NCBI RefSeq assembly: GCF_964204645.1
Contig: NC_134030.1
Coordinates: 6,428,778-6,492,777 of the forward strand
DNA from: Tubulanus polymorphus
Taxonomy: Eukaryota; Animalia; Nemertea
Direction of reading: 5' to 3'
Length of the DNA stretch: 64,000 bases
Part shown: positions 1 to 15,824 of the stretch, in pieces
Position numbering within the stretch: position 1 is the stretch's first letter
Layout of the letters: the number at the start of each line of letters is the position of its first letter
Notes under the pieces: model-generated
Seen by the model: only the letters and a program-made list of their open reading frames with translations
What the model was told of the DNA's origin: nothing
Database searches by the model: none
Program-made: the position numbers and the translations under genes

Positions 1-476
1 CCCCTATCATAAACGGACTTAACACAAGACTAACCAAAATTCAGTTTAAAACCAATCGTTTTTCCACGTATGGACAATAAACGTCGGCGTTCGCGTTTAT
101 ATGTCGTGTAACTGTTATCGTGTTGAGCAAGAACACAAAATACAGGCTATTCAAAAGATGCGACAGGAGAGAACAGAGCCAAGAAACTAAGGGTCTAGGG
201 AGAAATCTGTTGTATATGAAGTAGTTAAAACATATACATATCTCGAATTGAAATATCAGTTCTTTTCTACGTTAGTTTTGACCTCTATATCGATTTCCAG
301 AACACGTGTACATTGATCTATGATCATATAGAGTAATTGTCATAATGACGCAATGTTGAATTATTGACGACCATAAATATATATTCCAATATTGTAATCC
401 TCGGAAAAGACTAATTTCCGTAACACGACACCCACTTGAAAAATTATTTCCCACAAAAAGTTCTACTTCCGATGAA

Positions 477-594
477 TGACACTCGCGACATGGTAATTTA
501 GAAATCATTTCCTGCTGGTATACTTATATACGTATGAATGTATTGACGAAATAATTATCTTTCCGAAATTGACACTCGCGACATGGTAATTTAG
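477..594. repeat. 25-bp exact direct repeat (TGACACTCGCGACATGGTAATTTAG) at 477-501 and 570-594
   Basis: Identical 25-mers 93 bp apart, each preceded by TTCCGA; a local tandem duplication. Confidence 0.85.
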
Positions 595-3500
595 GCCCAG
601 TTGAGAAAGGATTTCCATAACGAAAGGATGTCGCCATGCCCTTTATATATAAGGATCACTCAAGAAAGAAACGTCGATGTCCAAATGATTACAGTACTCT
701 ACATATAGCCTGCAGCAAGAGGTGAAATACATTTACGTATAGGATTGTAATTTCTTATCAACTATAAAATGGAATCTATCAGTTATATATTGACTGAGCG
801 GGAATGCTGTATGCAGCAATGTTATGACTATCAATTTCGCGAGTTGGTGGTTCTAAATCAGGAACTATCTGCGAAGGTGGAGACAAAAAACGAACATACT
901 GTAGGAAGTTCCTTTATTTCTGATCCAAATGACGTCTGAAAGAATTAAAGATTGATTATATTTTTCTTTCTATGATAATGTTTCGATTCGTATTTCCTGG
1001 TCGCTGTATGTAGCGCCTGGTGGGGTGACGTTTTGACGTTTGGGCTAATCCCACGCTAACAGATGAAACGATGTAGTAATGGAGTAGTGAAAACAAAACG
1101 TGTAATTCCCGTGGGAAATTTGCAAGATGCGAATTGCGGCGTCACATCGGTGAATCGAAAAATCCCAGTTTTGCAGGAACATTCTGAATGGACTCTAACC
1201 CATCTTGTAACGTTCAGCATCATTCGGCCATTTTCGACGGCTTGATAAGTTCAATGCCGACCAATCCGCTTATATAAACGATTCATTAACCATTTGATCA
1301 TTTATGTATTATATATCGTATGATATTTAAAAAACGATCATCAATAGCGGCGTTTTTGTAGTGTCGAGTGTACGTTCAGATCATACAGGACTGTAGCCTA
1401 CGTGCTAAACCACCAGTCTTATGAAAACAAGTCAATTTATGAAACGTCATAGACAGACGTCGACCGTCAAATCGATTCGACCCCTGCACAGCGATCTATC
1501 ATACAGAGGGCCGGTCATGGCGTCGCCCCCTGATGAGTTGCTTTTAGTTCAGTCAAAAACTCGAAGCCGTCTAATTTCGAACGCCGTCATTTGCACCGGT
1601 TTTCCGTGCGCATTGTTTTGACGGCTTCCGGCCGCGCGACCGATTGATCGAGAAGCGCGCAGAAAATGAGATCTGTCTCAGCTCACGAGCTGATAGTTCA
1701 CCAGAGGATGAAAGTTTTTGAAATACTTCGTTACGGATCTTTCTACTCCCCGATCACAAGTTCTCTCAAAAAGTAGTCAGTCGGAAGTAGTCATTGGTGC
1801 AGATGGTGGCGCTATTCGTATCCGGAACAATAGCCCAGTAGGAGAAGGCTATTCGGTTATTTCCCGTGGGTTGGAAAACAAACATTAAAAGACCGCGGCA
1901 CCGTCATGCTCAATACATCGTTCATATACTGCTCGAATTCCCCCGTGTATTTTCGTGTTGTAAATATGATAACTGTCAGCGTCCTCCGTCATCCTCTGAG
2001 ACAGATTAACAACACAAAACAGTATCAATTTTCCTGTTATTCTGCGCACCATACACTGACCCGCAAGTCTGTGAAAACCTGTTCCAGTGACATGATTAGA
2101 TACACCGCCGATAGAACAAACTACGCAATGAAAAGTGTAAAAACAATTAAACAATTGTAAATTCAATTTCTTTCAGTCGAAAATTGAATTTCCACTGAAT
2201 ATGAGATGGATTTGTATATTTTAGTGAAGTTTCGATTGTTAAATGAACTTTATTTCAGTTGATAAGAACTGATAAAGCAGAAAACACAGAAAAGGGAAAC
2301 AAACAAACCCTTAACAGAAATTTCTGCTCATAAATCTTTTTTAAGCTGTTAGGCTTGTATTCTCTCTCGACGAGGACGTGATGGCATTGCCACAGCACAA
2401 AAATGGTAGAGAGGATATAAGACTTGTCGAGAGTGAAACCCAAAATGATCGTCGTTTGATCTCTAAAACATGGTATATATGAAATATCGCAGTCTGTGAT
2501 ATAGCAGACAAACACGTTCGATTACTGCGATGATTTTTCAGCAGACGTAAACAAACTCGTGATCATCCGAGCAATGATTTAAACGACGTCGACATCCGCA
2601 GTGAAAATAGGTCGTGCGTAAAGTCATTGGACACGGTTGTTGCGAGCAACTTTTTAAGATTACCCCGTGTAGTTTCATATTGAACTAGTAAACGGTGTTT
2701 GTTTTATGTTCTTGTTAGAAATATGATACGTGGGAGTTATTTAGAAAGGTCAGACAAACAAAGCCGGTTTAATAGATATACTTAGATTGTTTAAATCGGC
2801 CTTTTCTTTCATGGTATTTACCATTTTAGTTTTGTCTCCACTCGAAATTACGACTCTCTCTCTCTCCCTCTTTCTAAGCCAAGTGGATATCCTGGAAATC
2901 TATTTCTGAGTGAAAATCAAAGGCTTCTATTCACTATCGGATAGTATTTAAAGATGATGTCGACTAGGAATATGAGGCTGAAGCATCGAATTCTTCTGAT
3001 GATTAAATCGCCTTTCCAAGAATTTCTTTCGAGAAAGTTAAAAGCTGAATTTTCCAGACGAAATTTGAAAGGTTTTAGTCTAATTTCAAAGTACATCAGA
3101 CGGGGACATTCTTAAATGTCTAGCGGGCAGTGGCAGACTTCAATTCACTCATATTATGTTCGCTGTCGTGGTGTAATTTCATTTCAGAAGTTCTTATAGC
3201 GTCCGTAACTTCTTTATCGTTCTTTTCCGAAAGCCACCCGGGTATATTCAGCGCAATTAATTTCCTTCGGTTAACGAGTATTTGAATTAATTAGAATTTT
3301 TCGAATGATCCCAGCTGTAAAATAAACGAAGGTCTCGTCTGCCCGTAGCCAGTTATTAGTGTCAACCGTTACGATTAATAGCCACGCCATGCTGATTCTC
3401 AATTGTCGCTTCGAGCAGAAAAGAATCATCAGTTATTTCGATCGAGAATTTCTCACATTCAATCATTTACCCGAGAGCTATATAAAAACGATGGATTTTG

Positions 3501-6500
3501 AGTCTATTTGTAATTAGCTAAATCCTATATGGTACAGAATTAACCTCGTTACTCAAGGGCAACAACAATCTCACTGAATGGCATCCATTAATTAGTACTG
3601 ACTAACGAAATCAATAATACGTCCAAATTGAAGATTAGCTTGGACCTGCAACAACGGACTAGGTTCATCGTTAAAAGGAAATAAAATAGAAGGATTGGAT
3701 CAATTTTATTCAGTTCCCAGTTGCTCTTAAGTAAGTTAACGAATTCAGCAATTTGATTTGAACTTATTGTCAAACCCATCGATTACAATGTAATATCCAG
3801 TAACATTACAGGACCTGATGACGTCGTTGCTGCGCGTTTAAGCCTCGGGTCTCGGAACTGCGATAACAGATCGCATGAATATTGACGAACAGTTTGTTCA
3901 TTCCGTATACTGAAAAATCGAGTGCATTGTCTCGTTTACGTATTTCTATTTTCACCATCCTGAAAGTCTCGATATTTTATGCCCGGAAGCGATTATTTCC
4001 AACGTAGATCATGCGGGGAGAGCACCCGGAACGTACGTAATACGACCATACGTGGAATATAATACGCCACGGACGAGTCGCTAAACGACTATTTATGTCC
4101 GATGATAATCAACGTACAACGATGATAAAAATTGAATAGGCCGTCAATTACTTCTTAAATCATCCGTTAGACCATTACATAGTATAATTTCCCTGACGGT
4201 CTGTCATTATCCCCCATCTTGCTGGAAGCTTTTCTTGCGATGATTTATACCGTCTACGACCCTGAAAGTTATCGTCGTCACGGTATAATTAATTATTGAA
4301 CCGATGCAGGACTTTCCGTCGTCATTTCGGTCGTTGTTGTATTTACCGTTTAATTAAACATTTACCAAATCGAGCCATTCTTTGCTTCTCGGCGATGTCG
4401 ACGGTCACGCTAACTACCGCAGATAACGCGTCTACCACAACGTCCGGTGCTTCATAAATAGCGAGTTGCACAATCGCGATAGACGAACTAGACTGCTTTC
4501 CATTGCGCCTGGCTGAAAATTATGTATCCGACATATTTCATATCGGAAATCCCCCTTAATCTAAGGGCAGCGACTCGCCAGACCAAATAAAACCCAACTT
4601 AGGTACGGCACAAGAGTGAAGAAGAAAGACGTGTTGACCGATTCGTACTAGAACTAATGAATTGGCTGTTGGTTGGGAAGGCCATCGGTAGGATACTGGT
4701 ACATGCAGTTAACATCGTCTTCGAAGGATTACTCACGCGACATTTCCATCAATTAATAAAGCATAGTCACCTCTCCGTACGAGACACGCGATAACAGATA
4801 ACGTAATACCCTGTACCGAAAAAAAGGGACGGTGATTCGTTCTAACCTTTAGTCCAATCAGACTGGACTGTTAAAAGAACTTGATTGAGTATGGTCGTAA
4901 TGTCGACGAATACCATTTGTATTATAAATGAATAACTGTGGGCATGCATTTATATCATTTCCCTCGCTAATGATGTAATTTTTTTCTGTTATTGCAATAT
5001 TTATCTATTCCAATCCTCTGAGATACTGAGTGACAACTCGTCGCCACCATTTCATTTACAAATCCATATTTCTTTGTTTATGTGCGCAGTGGGTACAGTG
5101 ATGTGTGCTTCCCACACCTTCTCCGAGGAGACAACCGACATAAGACAACCATAAATCCGATACGCGATTTACGGTTTGCAACTTAGAATTATTGCCATTT
5201 GTAGTGAATGGTTGGCCTAACAGCAGTAATTGGTTGGCTGACTTTCCGTTACGAAGTTTATGTGATTGGCTGTAAAACATCGGCAAGTGCAAGTTTGCAG
5301 TTTGAACGTCGTCATAGAAAAGATGCGTGTTGAATGCCATGTCATTAGCAACATGGCGGCGCACAATAGTTTCAGCCAATAAAACTGCTGCCTTCGAAAA
5401 CTCTCATCCGCTTCAGTATTGTTCGATGCGACGACGAGATTGTTGCGAGTTTGTAGCAGGAAATCGTACTGAGTACACGCCCTTTACTGCGAGAATCCCA
5501 ATCTACAGTTATTGTTGCATCCGATTCCCTTTTATATACACGATGGCAAAATCGCATTAAAAAGGTCGTACGTACTGTCAACTGGAGGATGATATAGAAT
5601 CAACTCAGTAATAAGTCAACTACATACATCCATATCTGTAAAACGACAAAATGTACAGCTTCATCTGTGACCGAAATGTGTTCTTAAAAAGTCGCGAGGA
5701 CAGTGACACTGGAAAGCGAGGCGTGCAAATGCGTAGATCGCTTGATAAATCGTCACCAAAGCCAGCGAATGTGCGTCCATTTATCATTGCCTTTTTCCCT
5801 TTAGCAATCATCGGGGCAGTTGCGGAGGTGGTCTAATTCAATACCAATCTCAATGTGCAACGTGCTCATCTCGGTTAATATCCAACCAGACACTTCTACG
5901 ACGCCACGAAACAAATTACGAGCAGTCCTTTCACTGCGCGGACGGTAAGGTCTCTTGACAGCCGCGTTGAGAGCTAGACACGCAACAAACACGATGAGCT
6001 CGGCGGCCGAATGACTCGTGAAATTAAAAGCGAGAAAAACTAGCCGACAATCACACCAAAGCGTTGCCCAGTACATCGCTGACCACTCGATAAAAACTCA
6101 GATTTATTAGAGGCTGCACAAAAGTATATTTTTCTGCAAACCTCGTTCGGTGTTTTATTCTCACAGAGCAGGGGGTAGTATTAAAGTATATAATGTGATA
6201 TATGCTACAACCTCCGAGTGCAGTAACCTTGACCTGTTAACTCAGACTTATACTGTTGCAGATGTCGTTCGAGTAAATATAGATCTCCACGAATGTCACG
6301 AAGCGCAGCGCACAAGGCCGTTTCTTCTTTATACTCCATTAGATAACTTACGGGAAAAAACCTTCTGTCGGACACAACTTTCACAAATACGTTCAATAAA
6401 GTCGCTTCGTTTGGAGAACGATTCGAACTCACGAAATGCCGCCACTAATGGGTTACCATTGGAAGCAGGATGTTTTCCTGAAGGAAGCAATTTACTCATA

Positions 6501-8328
6501 CTCAAAAAATCAATCGCCATCCATTTTGACAATTGTGGATTAGGCTAATGTGTTTACGCATCCATTGTTTTTTTTTCGGTCACGATATCTCAGTTAGTGT
6601 GTATAGTTAATACCACGGTTTTCGTTAACAAATCAGGAAAATGTCATCGATCGAGTTAATTATATATCAGAGTTTTAAGCACAAGCAAAATACATGGCCA
6701 CATACAGAGTTTCAAAATGATTGAGGGAATTGGGATTTCGATAAAAAAAAGAATAGAAAAGAACGGCGATGTCAATGGGACGGACGAGATTCGATCTAGA
6801 TTTGTATTTTGGACAGTTCTATGAATTGATACATAACGAGCAACGAGCGTGCGTGAAATTATTGCCAATCAGCACCAAAACATAGCTATGCTAGGCTCTG
6901 TATAGACGCCGGGAAGATTTTCTATATAATTCGTTTCTTTCTGAGATTTGTAGCTTTCGCCGCCGACATTTTTCATTAGAAGCATGTAACAAATAGTCCT
7001 AGCACGCAGCCGAACGCCGAGCGCTATTTATCTCGTGGTGCTGTTTCTGGCAGTTGGGTCGTTTATCCGTGAAGATGACGCCACCCGATATTCTCAGAGA
7101 CAGATCGTCTGTGACGGCATTCTTGAATACTAAGCAATATTGCACCAGTGTTAGAAGAAGTTTTCGTTAAAATAATTACAACTTTTGTGAATATCTTTCT
7201 AAATTTCTATAGACGAGTTTATCGTAGATCGCATCCATTGAACGCATGCACGCAAGATAACCTCAGACTAACATGCATCAGTAGCGCTAGGTTTATTCTC
7301 GGCACGAAAACTGCTATCAATTCGGGCGAAATAAGATTCCTTCATAAAACAAACAAAAAAAAACTCGCTGCCTCATCTACACTCGAACACAAAATTGGTA
7401 GCCAATCGGGTTTCCATTTCTTCATCGATTTTTCCAAATGATGCGATATAGATTTCAGCACGATTTAACAATTTCGGTTTTTCGCAGTGAAATCATTATT
7501 CTTCTTAACGACGACAAAAAAATATCCTCGTAAAAACGCTTTACAAGCTAATTAATGGATGAACGCTAGTTTATACAATACAACTGTTATATAATGATTA
7601 AAATCCGGGTATCTTATACGTAATTGCCTTACGCTATTAGTTCGCGTGTTTGGTTTTGATTTCGCGTGTGTGATCTATAGTTGATTATTAAAAGCTAATC
7701 AGAAATAATGAGCCAGTTTCCACCGGGAGATTATCATCGTTCGTACCATCATCTCCATCATCGTCATCATCAACAGCATCGGTAGAAAACTGGAATGCGT
7801 AAGAGACGTGTCCTTATCCGAGCAAAATCAATTTAGGGATGTAGCAGTATTTATGGATAATTCAAATCTTGCAGCTTTGATGAAGTAATCACGAGAATGA
7901 TGCATAAGTTGGATTTATATGTGCGTTGAACACGCGACGGGAATAATAGATAACTGGCACACCTTGTCCCCCGGACGACCCAAGTGACGTCCTTAGGGCA
8001 TCGTTTCGACGAAGGAAATAATTCCCATATCGTGACGATGCGGTTATATTTGACTGTCATCTACTCACGCCCGATTCGGGTCGTTCATTAGATTTTACGA
8101 CTTAAAGGTCACGTTAAGGCGCGTCAATTAAGTTCTAGCTAATTAGTCCGTTATGAGGAAAGTCCCAAAAGAATTTTAGAATAAACGAGAAAGAAATTCT
8201 CATCTTGATCACAGCGAAGTTTCCGAGACACCCTTTTTGTTTTGACGGTAAACATTCCTATCAATGATGATGAGAAGATTCGTAGAGTAGCCGTGTTAAC
8301 CGAGTGTAGAGTGAAATAACGAGACAAT

Positions 8329-8457
8329 TAGTACTTTATAGGTTAACTATTTTATTTGACGCACGAGCTTAGAATAAGGCATTCACCCGATGAAGCTACT
8401 ATACATTTGAAGCAAAAGCTCGTGCGTCAAATAAAATAGTTAACCTATATAGTACTA
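8329..8457. mobile_element. Foldback/MITE-like element with 42-bp inverted arms
   Basis: 8329-8370 and 8416-8457 are reverse complements with 1 mismatch, 45-bp spacer, TA at both ends. Confidence 0.7.
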
Positions 8458-8460
8458 CAA

Positions 8461-8502
8461 AAAAATAGATAAAGAGGATGTGTCTCCTCTTTATCTATTT
8501 TT
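8461..8502. repeat. Perfect 18-bp inverted repeat (hairpin, 6-nt loop)
   Basis: AAAAATAGATAAAGAGGA-tgtgtc-TCCTCTTTATCTATTTTT, immediately after the larger foldback. Confidence 0.85.
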
Positions 8503-9329
8503 GGTACTACTCGTCACGTTATCTATTCTTATCAATGAAAAGGTATTGACATACACGTGACCGAGTACCGTAGCGAGATCAATGGACGTCGTATGCGTTA
8601 TTTTTTCTAGTCTTTGATGTTTTTTGAGTCCTATCGCCTCAACGATCACAAGAGATGACCACCAGAGGTAGGAGCGTTATATGTTTATATGTTCCCTTCA
8701 AACTCATGATATCGGTGCCCTCGAAAAGGAATATATTGTATTGCTCGCTTATAAACACACCCACAAGCTATTGGCACCTGAAATTCGCCCGGTCTTTGTG
8801 TCGAATTTCAACCAGCAATGTGGTATTCAGTAATGACGCGCTTATCAGTACTCTGTATGACACCAAAGGCGACAAAGTCGTCGTGAACGTAATGTTTACT
8901 TAACTGTAAAATTACTTTTTAAAAATGAAGCTCGTGGCGTGTGCGCTCTTTGTGCAGGGTAAAGCCAAGTTAATGAGATTTGAACAAAGCGTCTTTTCGT
9001 TGATGGATGAAAATGTTGGATAAGATTTTCTGGGACGTCGAATTAACCGTAGGTATTAGGTTTTAAAGTCCGAACACAGTAGATGTGTCAGTCGTTACAC
9101 TACGCTCCAAATAGTACAACCTAATCTGTGAAAGAAAAACAATTCTAGACCAACTGAGTGAAAGTTATAACCTAAATCTTTATAGATTGCCCGAAGATAT
9201 GATAAGGGGGATTCCCTTACTAACAATAGATTATTGCAGTGAATGGGTGAATATATGAATAAATGCTTCTTCCTGGAAGTAGATGACATTGATTAACTTC
9301 AACAGATTTTGAAATCAGCACATATATCT

Positions 9330-9412
9330 ACCAGGATGGCCGAGTGGTTAAGGCGTTGGACTTAAGTTCCAATGGACGAATGTCCGCGTGGGTTCGAACC
9401 CCACTCCTGGTA
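9330..9412 (+). tRNA. tRNA-Leu, anticodon UAA
   Basis: 83-nt cloverleaf: acceptor stem ACCAGGA/TCCTGGT, A-box TGGCCGAGTGG, anticodon stem TTGGA/TCCAA with loop CT-TAA-GT, long variable arm GGAC-gaat-GTCC, T-loop GGTTCGAACC. Confidence 0.97.
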
Positions 9413-9418
9413 TCAAAC

Positions 9419-9427
9419 TTTTCTTTT
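9419..9427 (+). terminator. Pol III oligo-T terminator of the tRNA
   Basis: TTTTCTTTT 6 nt downstream of the tRNA discriminator base. Confidence 0.7.
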
Positions 9428-12400
9428 CGAGCAACATTGAAGGCAAGAAGTCAGTTCTAGCTCTATCGAGCTAGCGAACCTTATCCTGATAAGATGAAAA
9501 ATCGCCTCTGTAATGTAGTGTAAACGCTCTGGTAAACGAGACCGGTCAAGATTTACTGCCAGTGAGGATAGAACCAACGAAAATCAATCCTGCCTAATGT
9601 ACGGTGAGCCTCTAATGGAAAAAATGACACCGCAGCCGCGAATATATCCGGTATATTTATACGTCCTTTCGCCAGAAACAAAGCCAATAATGTTGAGGCA
9701 TGATTCCCGGGATTTCTGGTCACTGATACGTGATGAAATTTATGGTTCAACACGGTGCCAGCAAATCAACTGTAAACTCTCTAAAAGTTGACAGTCACTC
9801 GGGCTTTCGTTAGATAGTCGATTGCTGTACTCGACTTCTCCCCCTCCCCCTTACTTGATTTATCGTGTTCTGGTCGTGGTTTAAAACAAGGCACAGTAAA
9901 CAAGACGATTCGTCACCATCATAAATGTTTATGAATGCCACCGGGTTTCACAGCTTCAAGGGAACAACAGAAAGTCTGAAACACAAACATCGGACGTCAT
10001 ATCCGTCCAAATGATCCTTCGTTGTTAGAATTGAGAGGTACAAAGTAGATTTTTATGCGGAATTTACGACGAATTGTATCGGATTCTGTAATCTTGAGTC
10101 TCGATTCGGGGCTTTAATGGAAATAACACAGCCAACATCATCAACGACTAAGATTCGATCTTGTCTCCTCGTCATCTTCGCTTTATACGAGATTTATTTA
10201 CGTATTTAAAGTTTCGAAAATTGCCTTAGTCTAGTTCAATTCGCGGAAGCCACATCCGACGCTATAACGCGAGAAACGCGGTTTGCCTCGGGCTACGCAT
10301 GCGGCCTGGCAGGCAGGAAACTCGTTCGTCACTCTATCGATGATTGCAAGTCTCGAACCATCGATTGTCGTAATTCAAAAAAATGTTTCACTCACTTATG
10401 CCTGTTACGAAGACAAGTTTACATCGTTTAGTTCCCATCAGAACAGATGTGGCGACAATCAATCGAATTTGCTCTTCTGTTGAACACAGATAAGCGGCAA
10501 TATTTATTTAGATCGATAGCGAATAAATTGGCCAAGTTACTTTATGCCTCCAAACGGTGCGTTTCCTGGGTAGAAACGCTTAAATTCGTGCATATACTAC
10601 ATGAGGAAATAGCCACAAACTGAGAATGTTCCGCTAGGAAAGGTTTGATGTTCTTTCGTACAGTTTATAGGCGCGTTAATGACGCTGTTTGTCATTAGTT
10701 TTCCCAGTTAGGTTTAAGGAGCAATGTCCATCGATGCTCCGCGAGGAAATCGCCTCATCTCAACTGAACGATACCACCCTCGGGAGTATTATTCCATGAT
10801 AATCGATATAATGAAGGTCAATGACCAATAGGTTGTTGGTTTTCAGAGAATAGCATGAGTTTCAAACTAGAAGCCGCTTCACTATGGTTGTGGAACTGAC
10901 TCACTGCATGATGATGAAAACTAACGTGTATCATTTCTAATTCTCGCAAAAATTCTTATGTCATTTTTCTTGCTGTTGAATATTGCTGTAGTCACCAAAA
11001 TATAATCTATGATATATATTTCGCTGTATAGCTGAATTTTGATAGCTTTGACCTTTAATGTTCAAAACATCCCAGTGGGTCACAAATTAAATCCCCTATA
11101 CCTGTGGTAACTACAGGAAAAAATCGCATTGCAAAATTAACATTTATTGAAAAATCAATATTTTAGCTCCAGTCGTTGGTCCGGAAGGAGTACGCAGCAT
11201 CTCCTCAAGTAAGGAAACATGGCTTACTAAATACAGTGAACGTGACGATCTATGGTGCGCTGTCACAAGCCACTTCCGGTGTAAATGGATTGTATTCAAT
11301 AATGCGACAAAAAAACGTAAAGCGACTTGTTAGCTGACCTTGACATCAATATATTTCGTGTGCACATCACAATCGACCAAGAATAAGTTACCTTTCAATC
11401 GGATTTGGATCATGTCATCGCAAAAAAAGTATAAACTAAATTGTCGGAATTGTGCGGTTTTTTTAATGCTTCAATCAGAAACCTTTCAGAAATCCTGAAA
11501 TAGCGATGCTTTATATTTTATTGGTTTTTGAAATTCAATCTTTCCCTGCAGGTTGATAGAGTTAACTTCCATCCGAAATTCAGTTGTCTATTATACTCAT
11601 TATAGCCTAATTCATCTCAAGATGACAATTCGGCGCATTCGATATTTCGCGAAAACCATGAGTAACCATCCCGCGTGAAATGAAATGAAATGGCCTCCCT
11701 ACCTTCGTGCGACTAACGAGACGGTCGTAAATTGAATTGAATGTCGAAAGAAATCAATAACGTCGTCTGCAGTTGGCGAATAAACGACTTTCAACAAACG
11801 AAAGAAATCGAAAAGCTCTGAAAAACTAGTGTGGAGAGAGACACAGGGAGGTATTCTAATTAAACAAGTCCGATTTACTGCTTGCTATATCTGCCGATAA
11901 CCAGCGTGTCTCTATACTTGGAGAAATGCGGGTTACTTTCCTTCGATATTTATAAACCACGCATTTATCAACATTATTATCATACAATTAAATCAGAATC
12001 GGCTGGAATGGACGACTGGCATGCGATCTAAACATGTTTCTATGAGTGTAATGAACTAATCACGGTCGTAATTTGTTACCGACTAAGTTGAGTACGGGTA
12101 GTTTCTTCTCGCTGCTGGTTAGAGGGGAAGACGGCAATTCACAGTCTCATTTCATTTCGCCTTGCATAATATGCGATGTATTAAGTACTTACACAACGAG
12201 AGAGATATCGAAAATACAGACGATGTAAACTATGAAACAACCAGGCGACACGCTACAGCACCCGTGGAATAATACTTGAAGAGATGATGGGAGAAGTTTT
12301 CGAAATTCAGTTTAACGTTACCCCCTTTGATCACATACATTTTTTTCACGAAAAAACTCTTCCGCCGTTAGAGTGCATTTGTATATTTACGCTCCCTCGA

Positions 12401-12867
12401 TTCAAATCGTTTGTTTTCTTTCCAACACCTGTAGAGTTATTGTGTTACGGAATAGAAGAAAAACCAAAGTGAGTGAAATTTCCTGAGTATTATTACTCCC
12501 TGAGTGTTCGGCGTATCGAAGCGAGAGATAATTCAAGGCGGATATTAAGGCTGCCGTCTATTTAAAAGCATTTGAGACAAACTCCAGCTGTCAGAATGAG
12601 ATCGATCTGAGACAGTTACATCTCAAAGAACCCGACAAGCAACAGACGTTTTGATTGAAATACCACGCTCAATAAAAAATCAATGCCTAGTCATAATAAG
12701 TATGCTTGATTTACGTGACATACACACTTTGGTAAAAAAGTGAACTCTAAACTTATCGAAACCAATTGACACACAAACTATGCTACATATCATCTCAGTT
12801 TGATCCACTCTTTTTCTCGATGGGTTCATAAATCTACAGCAATCAACATTGATACAAATACAGAAAT

Positions 12868-13144
12868 AGGGGCGGATCATGACTTTGACAGGAGCACAAC
12901 GGAATAAAAAGGGCATATACTGAACATTTGTTTGGAAGTTTCATCGCATTTTCATACAATTTCCAGGTATCGAAGGCCATTTAAGAGAATATAAGCTGAA
13001 TCTTGTGTTGCAGGCTGCTGTCTTCTAGTTGCGAGTAGAAAAAGTGCCCTGAGAAATATTTCCATTGTACTTTCAAAAGGGCACAGTAAAATTGGGACAG
13101 GAGCTCGTGCTCCTTGTACAGCCGTCTGGATCCGCGATCCGCCC
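12868..13144. mobile_element. Degenerate non-autonomous DNA element with GGGCGGATC...GATCCGCCC termini
   Basis: Short terminal inverted repeats and internal AAAAGGGCA/TGCCC motifs; a similar terminus (CAGGGGTGGATCTAGG) starts at 63890. No target-site duplication seen. Confidence 0.45.
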
Positions 13145-15480
13145 AAGGACAAGCCTGCATCAATTAGACGTCCTCAAAAATGGAAGGCGAAAATCGCAAA
13201 CAACAACGGAACGAAATAGACATCTTCAACGATCCTTTATTCGAAGCTGGAGTCCTTCGTAAATATTACATTCCCGTGCAGGTTTACTCTTATAAGCACT
13301 AGAATGTCTAGTGTGTAAATCGAATCTGTGAAAAAACTGTTGCTTGAAGAAAAAACCTGCTGTGACTTGTTCGAGATCATCAGCTTATTGCATTTCATTC
13401 TTTTAGACTAATTGCTTAGTCGGTCTGTCTGTACAATCGAACAATTTTAACGCTTTATCACAATCGGTAATACGTCATAGTATCCTGTCGCCGATGTCGC
13501 AAAATTACAAATGTTTTCCAGCATAATAATCTACTGCGCTATGTATTTCGACCAAACATTAGATTACAATAAAGTAAAAATGCACCAAACACCTGGTGGC
13601 TCGATGCGGTGAAAGTACCGGACATAATAGTTTCATAAACCTATATTCAATGGCTTTTATCAATATATTGGCGGGTTTTCCTCTCCTTAAAAAAAATATT
13701 TCATATCGTTAAAAGCAAATCAATACGCTAAAAACGGCTTCCACAGCGTGTTACACTGTATGATATATAGATATTGAACTATAATCAGTACGTAGCTACT
13801 TTTTTACTCCTTGCTTCATTATCCATTTTACGCATGATGAAATAATGTTACATCTTAAAATCGTAGAATTTATATATACATATTTATATATAATTTATGA
13901 ATTTATTCTTCGCAGTTTTTAACAGTTTTATAGACAAGCTTTTTCATAGGCAGGCGGATAAACAAACGTGGGCTCAATCCGGTAAAATCGAAGTGAACGT
14001 TTCATACTCATTTGCGTTGCATCAGTATCGAAATAAAAGATATTGTAACAAAAAGATTTAGTATCCCAACATCTAACCATTAGAAAAGGTTTTCATTTTT
14101 ATGAGTGTGTGTTTGCGTGTAAAAGGTGGAAACAGTCATTTATGAACATGTCAAAAACACAGTGAAATCGTACGAACCGTGTTCAAACGCCGAACGTTTG
14201 ATGAACAGAAAGTTTCGATATTGGCTGTTAGTTTGGAATTCCACGTTTTCTCCATTGTATTGCGACTGAATAGCGTGTTTCGAGGAAGACAGTGAGATAG
14301 AGACATCACTCGGTGTATAACAAATGGTATATATCGGGTATAGTTACTATTGCCCGGGTAACCAAATAAATCATTGACATTCAGACTCTCGCGATGTTGG
14401 AGAAACCGTTCAAGTGGTCTACGAGAGCAGTGTTCATCATTTCAATAATTGAACTAATTTGAGTTGCTGAGAATCACTTAAACATCAAGTAAAGAGTACA
14501 ATCTGACAGATCTACCACGAATTTTAGGATCTAGTCTTCTATAATAAGATAGAGTCACGCTTATTGATTTAGCTTCTTACAACTATGAATCAGTGATCTT
14601 TTTAAGAAAATTGTTCATGTACTTTATTCTTCACTGCGCGCTCAATTATTAGTTCTTTCTGTGTCTTTCTGCTACCACAACTCAAGTCGATCAAGCTTTT
14701 TTGAAATAGATAATCCGTTATTTACTAGACGTCACATATCCATCACGGAATGAAATATAGGTGCCCAAAGGAAGTCTCTTCGGCTTTAGAAATAATGCAA
14801 TGATAAATAAAGAGTTATTTGTATCGTAAATAAAGACATCACCGGAAGCAATGTGGGCTGAGAAGAGTATATGTTTTGAATTTTCCGAGCTGATGAAAAT
14901 GAACAAGAGAACTGACTTGAAAGTTTATTGACGAGAAATAGCATATATTGCTTAATCATTGTCGACAATGAATATGCAATACAGTAATAATTGAATTAAT
15001 CGGCAACCAGATACATTGATGACGTGTCGCACATCCTCTCAGAAAAATCATTAGAATTTATCAAAAATAAAAGAGAGTTATGAAATATATCTAATTACCA
15101 AAATAAACGATAAAACTCACAACCGTAATTATTATTTTGAAACGCCAATATTGATGACGTAGTGCACAATGACTAACACAGAATCCCTTAAAAAGCATAC
15201 TAGGAGTCAATGCATTATGAACATTATTCGGTTTTGACGGCGTCAAAAAGCGCATGTTCTCTCTCACTTTCACCGCAATTATCAAGTTCTATAAAGCATT
15301 TGATACAATTATCGAGTTTGATAAGATTAACAGATAGCGTCTTTGCGTAATTGGTATTCCACTGAGAGTTTTTCTCCTGCTGACAATTTAATTGAACAAG
15401 TTTCTATATAAATATTCAATTGATTTGACGGTGGCACGTCTTGTCTTGTTCGCTTCCGACGACGTGTAAAGAGCGGAGCG

Positions 15481-15824
<344 letters not shown>

